NCBI RefSeq assembly: GCF_033153115.1
Contig: NW_026889803.1
Coordinates: 27,962,001-28,026,000 of the forward strand
DNA: 64,000 nucleotides
Direction: 5' to 3'
Origin: Saccostrea echinata
Taxonomy: Eukaryota
Shown here: positions 11,912 through 29,300 of the stretch, piece by piece
Numbering within the stretch: the stretch's first letter is position 1
Layout of the letters: each line of letters starts with the position of its first letter
Translations under genes and position numbers: made by a program
Notes under the pieces: generated by a model
Seen by the model: the letters and a program-made list of their open reading frames with translations, nothing else
Told to the model about the DNA's origin: nothing
Database searches by the model: none

Positions 11912-14809
11912 TTAACTCCAACCACTCTGATGGCTGTTTCCTCCCCAGTTGGGATATCCGCCTGCGGATGTGTTGGTGTCAGCTGTCCCCCAGCCTGCAG
12001 AGTTCTGAGTACTAAAGAACCCTGTTTGCTGGGTCTGTCTGGCAGTTGTGGTTTGAACACCAAAAGGATCCCCATGACCTTGACCCACTGGCTGTGGTTG
12101 GGGTGCTGGTAACTGACCTTGACTTTGTAACATAGCCTGGGCTGCTGCTAGCACAGCTGAATTCAATAAATTCATGCCTATGCTATTAGCCATGTTTGGG
12201 TCAGGAACAGGTGGAACTGTACCTACAGTAGCAATTGGTTTACCTTGCTGGCTCCACCCCCCATGTCCCCCTCCCCTCCCACTTCCTCCATGATCAAATC
12301 TGCCCCTGTTATCATTTCTGTCTGCATTTTTGGGAGCCGCTGTGGTGACATGAACACTTGCACCCTTGATAATATGGTCTTCCCCACAAAGAGATCGAGC
12401 AACCCTGTGATCTGCAAAAGTAACAAAAGCAAATGCTCGGAAGGGTTTGGGAATGAAAACATCGGACACTTCCCCATATTTGCAAAAGTAACTTTTTAGG
12501 TCATCAGCTGTTATGTCTTCAGTGCATCTTGCTACAAAAACTTTTCTGCTAACCATTTCTGCAGCACCTTCCTGTATGAAAGGAAAAAACCAAGAATGAA
12601 TTATCATTATTATGCATTATATAATAATATATACAGTTGTACATGTAATAAAATGAATTAATAAATTTTCATTTGAATTTTTACTTTCACAATGCATACT
12701 TATAAAACTGTATCTATGAGCAATCAAAGTAAAACATTGTCTTTGGACTTTGCAAAATGCCAATACTAGGAATGGTATAATGATATGTCAAATGATATCT
12801 TTTAATTTTTGATGTTTTTATTGTTTAAAGACTGAGAAACGGATCTCTAAATTTGATTAATTTGTATAAAACAAATTATTCCACTGAAAATACTTGCATT
12901 TGAATTTGGAATAGCTACATCACACCATCTTCCATCAATCATGTGTCTTTGTGCCAAAACCTTTACTTGTGAATCATACTCTAAAAATCGAATAAAGCCA
13001 AACCCTTTTGATGCTCCTGTTTTCACATCTCTCTTCACCTAAAAAAAAATAAGCAATTACACAAAATGTACTTTTTATGATAAAACTTCATCATAATTAC
13101 ACTAAATCTTAATAAAACCCAAAATATCTGAGGTAGAACATTTTTTTTCAAGAACATTAATAACATTTTTTTAATTGAGCTCATTGCTCAAAGAGCAATA
13201 GCTGACATTTTTTTTTAATCATTCATATGATTTTGTAATAAATTAACTTACTTGTACAAGAAGCAGTTCTCCAAATGAAGAGAAGTATCTGCGCAGATCA
13301 TCTTCATTACTTTTCCAAGGTAAGCCAAGAACAATGAGATCACTGCATCTTTGTTTATCAACACATTTATTCTTTGCCACTGAATTTTCACCAGCCTCAT
13401 CTCCTTTGCGTTTTATCATCACATTATCTGCAAGTTGATATGTTATACAAGTTCATTCAAGAAGTAACTGTGTGGTCACAGATTCTTTATAAATCCCCAA
13501 AACTTTTAGAACTTTGTCAATGAGTACAAAGTCTCTCAAAGGAGACGCAATCAGGGTTCAACATTAACTCTTGTCTGCTTGTCCGGCACCAGTGAAAAAA
13601 ATTTACGGACAAGTGAATATTGCTGGGCACCTGTCCGATTGGACAAGTGCTTTTTTATGAAGCCTCTAAATAATAAAAGGAACAACTGGTGAAAAGTTTA
13701 ACAATAGGTAATAAAGACTGAAGCAGTACATAAAAGCCAAACTTTAATCCCAATATTAATCACTATGTAATTGAGTTCACACTCGATCGGGATTGAAGTT
13801 CACTAATTGCATACCACTGCAAAGGCATGGATCTTACCAAGTTTGGATTCTGTTTGATGTTGACAGTTTCATTTGTGAGCATTTATGTTGCTGTCAGGAC
13901 AGAAAGTCTAAATAAAATTTTGTCTTATGTGTTTGTCATATGTATCAATAAAATCACAAATCCCTCAAGCGTGCATAAAATGGACTTTATTTTAAGTAAT
14001 AGTTTTCAAGTTGACAGAATTATTTATTGAAAAATATCAAGTGAGGTTGAAGTTCGGACAAGTAAATGTCTTGGTCACTTGTCCAAATGGACAAGTATGA
14101 AAAAAAGTTAATGTAGAGCCCTGGCAATTTGATGAATGATTTTCTCATGCATTCAGAGTTCAAAGCTGAAAACTTTCAGTGCACCAAAATGTGATTTTTT
14201 TTTAACATGCTGAAAAAAATGCACATTTAAGAAAAAAGTCAAATGATAACGATAAAAAAAATGCATGGTTAAGAAAAATGTAAAATGATAACGATAAATA
14301 AAAATAATGATAACTAATTCAAGCTATTTAGCTAAATCAAGAAATTGTGCCGGACCTATTCAAGCTGTCTTGTAAGAGTTACAATCTTTACATCCTTTTT
14401 TTTAAACTGCAACCAACATGTTAAGAACTTCATGAGATGTCACTTCTGTGTATGTATATACAGAAAAAAAATGTAATTTGTTGCTGGATATCATCTCTTG
14501 CATGACTCACTGATTGAATAAGGAACAAATATAAAAATGCCAATATAAATTACTCCTTGTTCAATACAAACCTTTGGGGAATACAACAATGTAAACAAAA
14601 TTTCCCCAAACTCCATCTGGTGGATGCAGTCTTCCCTCTGATAGTCTAATTCCACGAAAATTTCCAGTGCTTGGATTTCTGTATTTCATTCCACATGCCC
14701 CCGGAAACTGTGCGGCGAGTGTGCTGAGCAACAACGAACCGTCATCCTCACTAGGAATTTCTATCGGCTCGTCACCCTCTTCGTCACTAACCTGGATATA
14801 CTGTGCCAT
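11912..14809 (-). CDS. TARDBP: TAR DNA-binding protein 43 (TDP-43): NTD, bipartite NLS, RRM1, RRM2, Gly/Gln-rich low-complexity C-terminus; 404 aa
   Basis: Exons 14809-14572, 13427-13252, 13038-12898 (GC donor) and 12571-11912. Motifs: [83 protein letters not shown]. The 238-nt and 141-nt exons match the human coding exon lengths as I recall them. Confidence 0.98.
13552..14123. mobile_element. MITE with CAGGG termini and 5-bp TSD (hAT5-like), in TARDBP intron 1
   Basis: TIR cagggttcaacattaac / gttaatgtagagccctg; TSD gcaat at 13547-13551 and 14124-14128; subterminal cttgtcc/ggacaag repeats. Confidence 0.85.
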
Positions 14810-14955
14810 GGAAGTACTCTTGCAAAATTGAAAATCAGGAACATTAAATTTTGATTTTGGAAAGAAGAAAAAAGTAGCCAACCAGCGCCATATGTAATTC
14901 AGAATTAAGTGAACATCGAACCCGAATTTATTCATTTCAAGAGGCCATAACCTGC

Positions 14956-15086
14956 NNNNNNNNNNNNNNNNNNNNNNNNNNNNNNNNNNNNNNNNNNNNN
15001 NNNNNNNNNNNNNNNNNNNNNNNNNNNNNNNNNNNNNNNNNNNNNNNNNNNNNNNNNNNNNNNNNNNNNNNNNNNNNNNNNNNNNN
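14956..15086. other. Assembly gap (131 N)
   Basis: Run of N about 150 bp upstream of the TARDBP ATG. Confidence 1.
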
Positions 15087-15402
15087 CAATATACCTAGGA
15101 AAAATATTCATTTTTGTAAACAGATTCATTTCTTCTTTTCTTCAGTTAGCTAGAATTATTACTTCCATTTTTAAAATAGTGATATGTTCATATACCTACT
15201 TTGTCTCGCTCAGTCTTGAAGAGTTGTTTGAGATTTGAATGGACCTATTGCATACTATATATTGTATATTTATTTCATGATGGTGATGGAAATATGAAGA
15301 TTTATTCAGCCAAGAAAAATCATATTCTCCCAGGGCTTCGACGAGAGGGGGGAGGGAGATTTTTCCGAAGCCTCTGAGCTTGAATACATAAAAAAAAAAA
15401 AA

Positions 15403-17083
15403 AGATGTATTTGTGAAATACTGATGCCCCCGAATGGCAGCTTATGGCAAAGGTTAAAGTAAAGTTTCTCAAATGCAAGTCAAAATCCAGACCAAAAGAT
15501 GAAAAATGTTGGTACCAAAAGAAAGGTCTTGTCACGAGGAATATACCTGTGAAATTTGAAAGCCCTAGCTTCAACTGTCTAAAAGTTATGGCGAGGGTTA
15601 AAGTTTTTAAAAAGTAAATAAAACGTCAAGATCAAAGGGTGAAAGTTGGTATCCAAAGAAAGGTCTTGTCACAAGAATTACATATGTGAAGTATGAAAGC
15701 CCTAGCATCAACCGTTCAAAAGTTATGGCCAAGGTTAAAGTTTTTCAAAAGTAGGTCAAACTCCTAGGTCAAGGTCAAAGGGTCAAAGAGGTTGATATCC
15801 AGAGGAAGGTCTTGTCATAAGAAATACACATGTGAAGTTTGAAACCCCAAGCCAGGGATCGACATTAACGGTTGTCCGATTGCCCGGGACAAGTAAATTC
15901 TCAGTTCGGGCAAGTGAAATTGTCGACGTTCTTGTCCGATCGGGCAAGTGAATTTTTCTCAAACAAATGTACATATTTATTTAGTTTACATTAATTTATA
16001 AATAAAACAATAAATTGAACACTTGATTTCCTCCACGCACCTGACTAACAATGTTTTTGCATTTGGAATTCCTTGGTAGCGTTTCTGGATTATACCACTC
16101 ATTTAAAAATCAGGTTCATTATTTTCTTTCGTAGTAAATACGCTCTACGTCTAACAAAGTTTTGTTAATTTCTTATAAGGAAATTAAATTATCTATTCAA
16201 GCATAGGATATAAGTACAGTGTAACACGATGTATCCTTATCAAGATAAGATGTATGTTTTGTAGCAGCCATCTTCCTAAGCGTTGCTTCACAGTTATCTC
16301 TGAAAGCACGAATCACAAAAGGATCCTACCCAAAATAATTTTAAAAATATAAAATTTTATTAAAAGGAAACGGAAGGTTATTGTTGCATGGCAGTGTGTG
16401 TAAACAGGTTAAATTTACAAGCACAGTGGTATTCATTTATGTACAAGTGCAGCATGCATCGACATTTTTTCAGGTAGCTCAACTTGCCAAATTGACAGTA
16501 GTGTATCTTTTTTCTTATAATAACGTTATAGTAATTAATAATTTTCTTTTAAAGTTCTTTCTTAATTTTGGGCAACCAAGTTTTGCATTCGGACAAGTCA
16601 AAGTTTGAGATCACTTGCCCGAAGGGCAAGTGAATCTGAAAGTTAATGTCGATCCCTGCAAGCACCAACTGTTCAAAAGTTATGGCCAAGGTTATAGTTT
16701 TTCACAAGTAGGTCAAACTCCAAGGTCAAAAGCTTAAAGTTGTTGGTATCCAAAGGAAGGCCTTGCCACAAAAAATACACATGTGAAGTTTGAAATCCCA
16801 AGCACCAACTGTTCAGAAGTTATGGCCAAGGTTAAAGTCTCATAAAATTTTGTTAAAGTGGGTCAAACTCCAAGGTCAAGGTCAAATATGATAGTTTCCA
16901 AAGAAAGGTCTTGTCACAAGGAATACACATGTGAAATATGAAAGTCATATATAGCTTCAACCAATCAAAAGTTATGGGCAAGGTTAAAGTTGACAACAGA
17001 CAGACAGACAAACAGATAAAAAGACAAACAGACAGAGAGGACAAAAACAATATAACCCCCGGATCTTTCGATCCGGGGGTATG
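15403..17083 (-). mobile_element. HINE (same family as 6652-7490), interrupted by a MITE
   Basis: Reverse-complement termini and aaaagttatggccaaggttaaag repeat units; (agac)n microsatellite and ccccggatc...gatccgggg hairpin at about 17005-17080. Confidence 0.85.
15853..16658. mobile_element. MITE with perfect 17-bp TIR and 5-bp TSD (hAT5-like)
   Basis: cagggatcgacattaac / gttaatgtcgatccctg; TSD caagc at 15848-15852 and 16659-16663; splits one unit of the host HINE. Confidence 0.9.
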
Positions 17084-17084
17084 A

Positions 17085-17828
17085 TAATAAGACTAAGAAT
17101 TCGGACAATTGTACTTTTAGCAAACAAGAAGTAGAAACTATTCAGCACGTTTTCATTGGTTGTGAAAAAGTTTTATCTTTGTGGGCCAACCTCAGTTTAC
17201 ATATTTACAAAACAATTTACAATAGATTTAATGTTTTAATGTTGAAAATACTATTTAAATACTGCTAATGTTGAAAATACTATTTTAGGTGAACTACCAA
17301 TGACATGTAGCAACATTAATGTTAACAATGTTAAAAATTTTATAAAATTATATACAAAACAGTATATTTTTACATGTTTAATGCAAAGTAAAATTCCAAA
17401 TCCTTTTGGGCTATTAAATCATATGAAATTGAAAAATAATATTGAAAAATGTATAGCTATAAAAAAATTTCTACATAGAAAATTTGAAAAAGAGTGGTCC
17501 TTGTGGAAAAAACATATTTCAGTCAGCTTAAAACTGTTACATTGTTTGCTATCATATTTAGATTTTTATTGATGTATCTTTAAATTAATATAGAGTAGTA
17601 AATATATATTTCAAGAAGAATATGTAAAGTTATGATTATAAATATGCTATAGATTTTTTTTCAACCATTTTACCATTAATTATTATCATCTAAAGAGCGA
17701 GTCTATACATATATAAGCTAGTAAGTGTCTGTGCCAAAAAAACAACAACACTCTTTTGTCTTCTTTTTATACATGTTATGATATTGGGCAATGTAAATAG
17801 ATAATAAAAATTAAAAGAAAAAATAAAA
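17085..17828 (+). mobile_element. 3' fragment of an L1/Tx1-type LINE (ORF2 zinc-knuckle region and C-terminus, A-rich tail)
   Basis: From 17101 it reads SDNCTFSKQEVETIQHVFIGCEKVLSLW (degenerate zf-RVT CxxC-ETxxHxFxxC-W), then ...YTKQYIF...NIEKCIAIK...KFEKEW, ending in aataaaaattaaaagaaaaaataaaa. Confidence 0.75.
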
Positions 17829-18225
17829 TGTTAACATTCAGAATTTGAATATCTTGAATAAATAATTTTATTTTTAACAAACACTTTTAAAATATTTAAC
17901 GTTTTTACCGTATTTGAATACAAACACATAGCCGACACATAATGAAAATTTTATTAAATCTAAACTGTATGTTCTCAGTTTTTATGATCTTGAGACCCAT
18001 TCTGCGATAAAAAAAAAAAAAAAAATGGGGGAATTCTGTAACGTTGTCATCCGTGATCAGGCGAGCTAAAAATATACGAGCGAATCTATGTACAAATTAT
18101 TAATTTTCCGTTTTCAACCAATCAAAATTACTGTTTCATGATAAATTCGGCTTACCGGAACTGCAGAACTGCTTATGAAAATTCGGCTTCGGCATATTTG
18201 CAAGAAATAAAAGAAATCATTCATA

Positions 18226-23555
<5,330 letters not shown>

Positions 23556-24729
23556 TAATCAGATTAAAAAAATCATTTAAAAAAAAAAAAGAACAAAAAT
23601 CTTACCTTTGATTACTCATTTGACAATTAAACATAAGCTTATATTCAAAATAGACATGACAAATTTCAGATAAAAATAAACTTCTGGGGATAGTTTTAGG
23701 CCTGTCAAAACTTATTTTCAAGACAAAACAAAGGAAGATGAACTTTAACTGGGAATTAAGATGGTTTTTTGCTTTACTATACATGTATTTGCTAATGCCT
23801 GTGTAAGATATATTGCGACAACTACACTTGAATATAGATGAAAAGTGTGTGAAAGAGATGAGTGCATGTAGCTAAATGATATGTGTTATGTTGAATAAAC
23901 TTTTTCTCTTATTGTTGGCTCTTTAATATTTAAAATTTTAAAATACACATTACACAAAGGTAAATCACTTGCACTGTGGTGCCAAAAAAAAAGTTGAGCA
24001 TTCCTGGTGATGCAAGAATTTGTACCCCGCTGTTGATTCTTCTTTATTGTTTATTTGCAGAGTAAAGAGTTTTTAAGTTAGAGTCCAACCAGTATTGGAA
24101 TTTTTGAGTTGTACTAAATTGGAGCATACTTTATACCTCAGCGACTAAAGATGACAGGGTTGTCCTTAAGACCCAGGGGGCCAGGGAATTTTCCTGTGTA
24201 ATATGAAGTAATCCCCTGGTATATTCTGATATTCCCCCTCAACTCCCTGTTAGGGGAGGAACCCCAAACCCCCTTCTACTTATTTAATGTTCCCTGCTAT
24301 TTCAATTCTTAGGGACAGTCCTGGGGTGATGATAATTTAACCACCAATTTACAATTTTAAATGAAATCCAAATCCTCATCCTCTTTTGCAGCAGGGAAAA
24401 AAATCAAGAATGGGCATTGTGAAGTTATCAATTACATATATTTTAAGCAGGACATGTATAAGCTCCCCTAGTATTGATCCTAAGCATCATTGTTAAAAGT
24501 GGCTTGGTGCATGAGTTGAATAACTAGAAACTAGTAGAAAGCATTTATCAAGGCCTCGCAAAACATGATGATGTGTGAAATATCATGATTTTACATTCAG
24601 TCACTAAAAAACGCTGAATTTATTATTCTTCACCTTTATAACAATCTTGGCATATTGACATAAATTTTTGTTTTCTGCTCTTGAAAAAACTTGAACATAC
24701 ATGTACATTTAGAATAAAGCTTTGAGGTA

Positions 24730-25840
24730 TTGATACCCCATGCAACAAGTTGTGGAGGTTATATATTTTTGACCTATCTGTCAGTCCTGTTGTCAGCTCA
24801 ATTTCTCTGAAACCACTGAACAGAATTTCAGAGAAACCTTGTTGTTAATAAGGACATAAAAAGTAGATTGAAATTCTGATTCAATTTTTTTTTTCTGGGA
24901 GTTTTGCCACTTAAGAACCCTCTATACACTGTACACTAAAGAGTTCCGATTCTATGGTATTTTTATGTAGTTAGAGTAATCTGCCCTTAGATCTAAAATA
25001 AATTGAAATCTACAGTTTATTAATCAATTTCTAATCAATTCAAGCATTCTTAACATTTTGATAGGCCAAGATAAATTAATTGAACACCTCATCTTCATGC
25101 TTTTTCCCCATTTAGGTAAACAGCAGGGATTTCTGTTCATCAAAACTTTGTTGACTTTGAACATTTTTCCAGGAGGTAAAAGCCAGGCACCCTATGTTGA
25201 AAATGATATAAATAAGTTCAATATTTACATCTTTATACTATATAATTTTCTCAATGTCCGAAAAACATCTTCGTTAAGTGTAAAGAGGGTCCTTAAATTC
25301 AAAGTTTGGTCTAAATTATTCAGTGTACTACTGTAACATTTTGTCATGAAACTCCTTTTAAAATGCTGAACAGGTCGAATTCTGTAAATCTTTTTACTTA
25401 ATAAGTGTGATTAAGTTCATGTGCAAAAATGCCCAAAATTGGAGCCAGGCACATTACTGGATGAAGAAATAAGGCATGCTGTGTAGATTTGCAGGAAATT
25501 CCGATTCATTTTTTTTTTTACTGAAAGTTATACCCCTTTTGAACTTAGAAGTTTGGCCTCCGTCAGTCCTGCTCTTGTCATCTCAGCTCCTCTGAGGCCA
25601 CTGAATAGAATTTCTTAATAAGGACATACTGAGTAGTCTTTCAGGAAATTCTGATTCATTTTATTATGAGAGTTATGCCCCTTTTAAACTCGGATGTAGG
25701 GCCTCTGTTAGTCCTATTCAAACTAGAGCAACTTCTCTGAAACCACTGAACAGAATTTCATGAAACTTTGTTGTTAATAAGGACACACTGTTTAGATGTG
25801 TATATTCACAGGAAATCTGATTATTTTTTTTTTATTGGGG
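24730..25840 (+). repeat. Degenerate HINE/tandem repeat (ctctgaaaccactgaacagaatttc...aataaggaca units)
   Basis: The unit recurs at about 24805, 25590 and 25735 after a HINE-like 5' end. Confidence 0.55.
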
Positions 25841-25996
25841 ATTATATAATATATATATTGGGGGTGGTATATGAGCTTGCTCCTATACATGTGCGTGTTT
25901 TCGTCTTTAAAAATCGTAAAAAAAAAATCGAACGCAATAATTTTTGGGTAGCTCAGATTTTATTATAATTCGTCATGGATTATTAGATAACAGTAG

Positions 25997-26110
25997 TGTC
26001 ATGTAAATTTTTGAATTTACCGGGTGGCAGTAAATACAAAATTTACAACATGACAACTTGTAAATTTTGTATTTACTGCCACCGGTAAATTCAAAATTTA
26101 CAACTTGACA
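25997..26110. repeat. ~114-bp near-perfect palindrome
   Basis: gtaaatttttgaatttaccgggtggcagtaaatacaaaatttacaa / ttgtaaattttgtatttactgccaccggtaaattcaaaatttac. Confidence 0.85.
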
Positions 26111-26385
26111 GTAGAACACTTGTATAGTGAAACCTCATTTCACAGCACGTGTTTTGTTTTTTGTAAGTACACTTTTAATAATTTTTCTTTTTAAAAAAAA
26201 TTGCAGAAAGGACACCATTTGGTAACTCTTCTACAAACAAGTTGCAAATGTTCAATTATTCCTCATACTGTAGGCCACCAAGGCACAAAAAGTGGATTCG
26301 TTGCGTCAGATCAGTAACACTATTGTATACGACTAATACACAGTTGGTATTAAATACTGTTTTTTTCTTGCTATAAGTATATGCA

Positions 26386-29300
26386 TTAGTATTTAATAAG
26401 AGAGGAACACGGCTGGGACAATTTTCCTTGTCCATTCAAATCCGTCAGTTCTATTACCACCAGGCACAGTATCACTTTGGCGCCGACTTTTTCAATTAAT
26501 TCACATGCTGCTTTCATTGTGCCTAAAAAATATGTTAAATGTATACATTTACATTTGCCAATATTCTTTTAATACATATCATCAGTAATATTCGGGATTT
26601 TAATGTAAAGAATGGATGCAATGACACCGACAACATAAGCGTGATTACAGGTCCGTAGGAAGTAATTTCATTATCTTTCAAGGGGGGGGGGGGGAGGGGA
26701 GGGCATAACCGCACATTAACAACATCGTTATCTATTTAATAGCATAAACAGGCAAAATTATTGGAAAGGGGGGGGGGCGGTTCCTACGGGCCTGTTAAAG
26801 GGAGAAATAGTCACCTTCGAAGGAGGGACTGTGGTAACTTAATTTTTTTATCGTACTTTCCTTGTCGGAAAAAGCAACGAGTGCGTCTTGGAGGCGAGGT
26901 TATAAAAATGAACGCCAGTCTCAATTTTATTTCATAAAGCTGCATTTTTATGAACAGAAAACTAAAACATACCTCCTGTTGCTAAGAGATCGTCAACAAT
27001 TACAACAGACTGTCCTGGCTTAAATGCTTCTTTCTGGACCTCAAAGACGTCCTACATAAAAACAAAGCTTGGATTAATATAAAAATCCTTGCTAGATTGA
27101 TGAGAGTTACAGAGATAATGAGAGAAACTAACACATACTTATATTCATTATTATTATAGAAAAGAAATAAACAAATTCATTACCGAATCAAAGCCCATAT
27201 GAGCATAACAAAATTTAATCTATATATGTGGATTTTTCAGTTGAAATTCATTAGTTCCAAATAGGCGAGTACTAATATCACAACTGACAGTCGAACACTG
27301 ACAGGTCGGTTGTTTTATCATTTTTAACGTTTAATTGTTACTGACAAACATATTTGGAAAAAAAATGACTGAAGATGGAGATTAAGTCGTGTATAGAGTC
27401 TGAGTTGATTAAATTCTTACAAATCATTTCTTCTGCATTGTCCCTTTTTGAACTAGCTGGTTTGAGATGAGATAACGGAAATTTCTTTAATAACTTACTC
27501 TCTTTCTGTTCCGAGATTTATATTTACCCCCCCCCCGCCCCCATTAAAATCACTTCACATCATGAAATGGGTGAATGTTATAATGTGTATGCATGTAGCT
27601 GATACATCTCTATGTAAATGAAGTACATGTATGTGACAATGAATTATAAACCTTATACATGTGCAGCATAGCCTCTCACTTCAAAGAAATAATAAGCCCA
27701 ACAAGTGCAAAATTATGAACATAAAGTTTTTTTTTATTATACATTTCAGAATTTCAAAAAGAAGGTACAACAGAATATCAGATATCTAAATGGAAATTTA
27801 CCATTTATGATTTTGAAAGGGAATCAGTACCCTTTTTTGAGGAATATAGATTCCTTAAAAGCCAAAGTTGTTTAAATCCATTGAATATATAAATAGTTAC
27901 ATGTAGCAATGAGCCACAGATCTGTCTTCATTACGCACATCTGAAAAATTTCACCTATAAATATGTATAGGAGCAAGAAAAAACACAAGTCAAATAAAGT
28001 ATAAACTGCAAATTAAAGAGCCTATAAATGTTCCTCTTTCGACCAAGATATTCACGACGGAAATCAGATAAATAAATTATGGAAGTGTTCAAACTTCCTA
28101 TTGTAGACAACAGCAGCTTCTCTTCTGTTCACAAAATGTCTTGGGTTCTTTTAATTGACTGTCTGTCTAGAATTTCTTCGGAGAAGCTGTTTTCTTCTTT
28201 GTTCCGTCAACTTATTTTTATCCTTCTTAAGAAAACCTTTCTCCACAAGAATTCTCTCACTTTCTTCTGTGAAAAAAAAAAAGAAAAATAAATTTAATAT
28301 AACAAAGAATTGGAAAGTTTATGAAATTGGTCAGTGAAGACTGATTTAATCGTATTTAGTATTACCTTCCCATTGAACGTAAGCGTTCTCGTCTTCAAGA
28401 TCCAGAACCAAGATTGTCTTCACTTGTCCAACGAGGGGAGGTAACGTGGGCACACTTGATTTGTAGGTGGAGTTCATCAACTCAGTCTTTTCAATGGCAT
28501 CTGGAGAAAGGTCATTATCATCATGATCATGACTAGTATCCCCATGGGCTTTAATCGGTGTTACACAAAACATCATCTCTGGGAGAGTTTGAATGTCATT
28601 CTTCTCTTGATCATGCGCCATTTCTTTGTTGACCTCCTGTATTTTTTTGTAGGCGGCTTCCTCTTCGTCGGACAGAATGCCAACTTTATTGTTCCGCAAA
28701 CAGCTTTGGAAGAGACCCATTTTTGTTTTCTTGTCAACAAAATCGCGCTATGCACAACTAAGTTATTATGACGTCATGATACTTTGGCGCCTTTGACGCC
28801 AAAGCATTATGATGTAAAATAATTGTGACGCTAAATACGCGGATTATGCATTTTTTCCAAACAAAAAAAAAAAAAAAAAAAAAAAACCTTTTTGCCTGGG
28901 TGGAATTCAAGAGCTATATATGTTGAGATAAGTAAATATTGTACGTATGATATTTTAATACACCAAGAAAAACAAATTTGTTGTTGCAGTTTGTTTATGG
29001 CTTTTTAATTGCAGTGTAACGCACACATTGGACAGTGCTGAGTCCGTTTCATATTTACTTAATTAACACACACATACTATAGAAAAAATCGTGGCCACGA
29101 ATTTTATTTCGTTTCCACGAATTTTTATTTCTTGGCCACGAATTTTATCTCGTGGTCTTGAATTAATTATAAAAAAAAAGTCGTACCATGTCCTATACCA
29201 GCCACCGTAGAAAAAGTAATTTCATCATGTTTGCTGGCCGCTTGCCATCTATAATTTCATTTTTATAATGAACGACTGTATAATTACCGTTCCATATTCT

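Noticed and set aside
11930-12499. Plus-strand ORFs overlapping the TARDBP last exon (also antisense ORFs over CCDC102A and gene 1)
   Set aside because: Antisense shadows of real coding exons, with no independent splice or start evidence.
14932-15129. ORF spanning N bases
   Set aside because: Artefact of the assembly gap.
29050-29210. 21-bp repeats (tcgtggccacgaattttat) as a regulatory array for the nested gene
   Set aside because: They look like subterminal repeats of a truncated MITE ending in gccaccgta.
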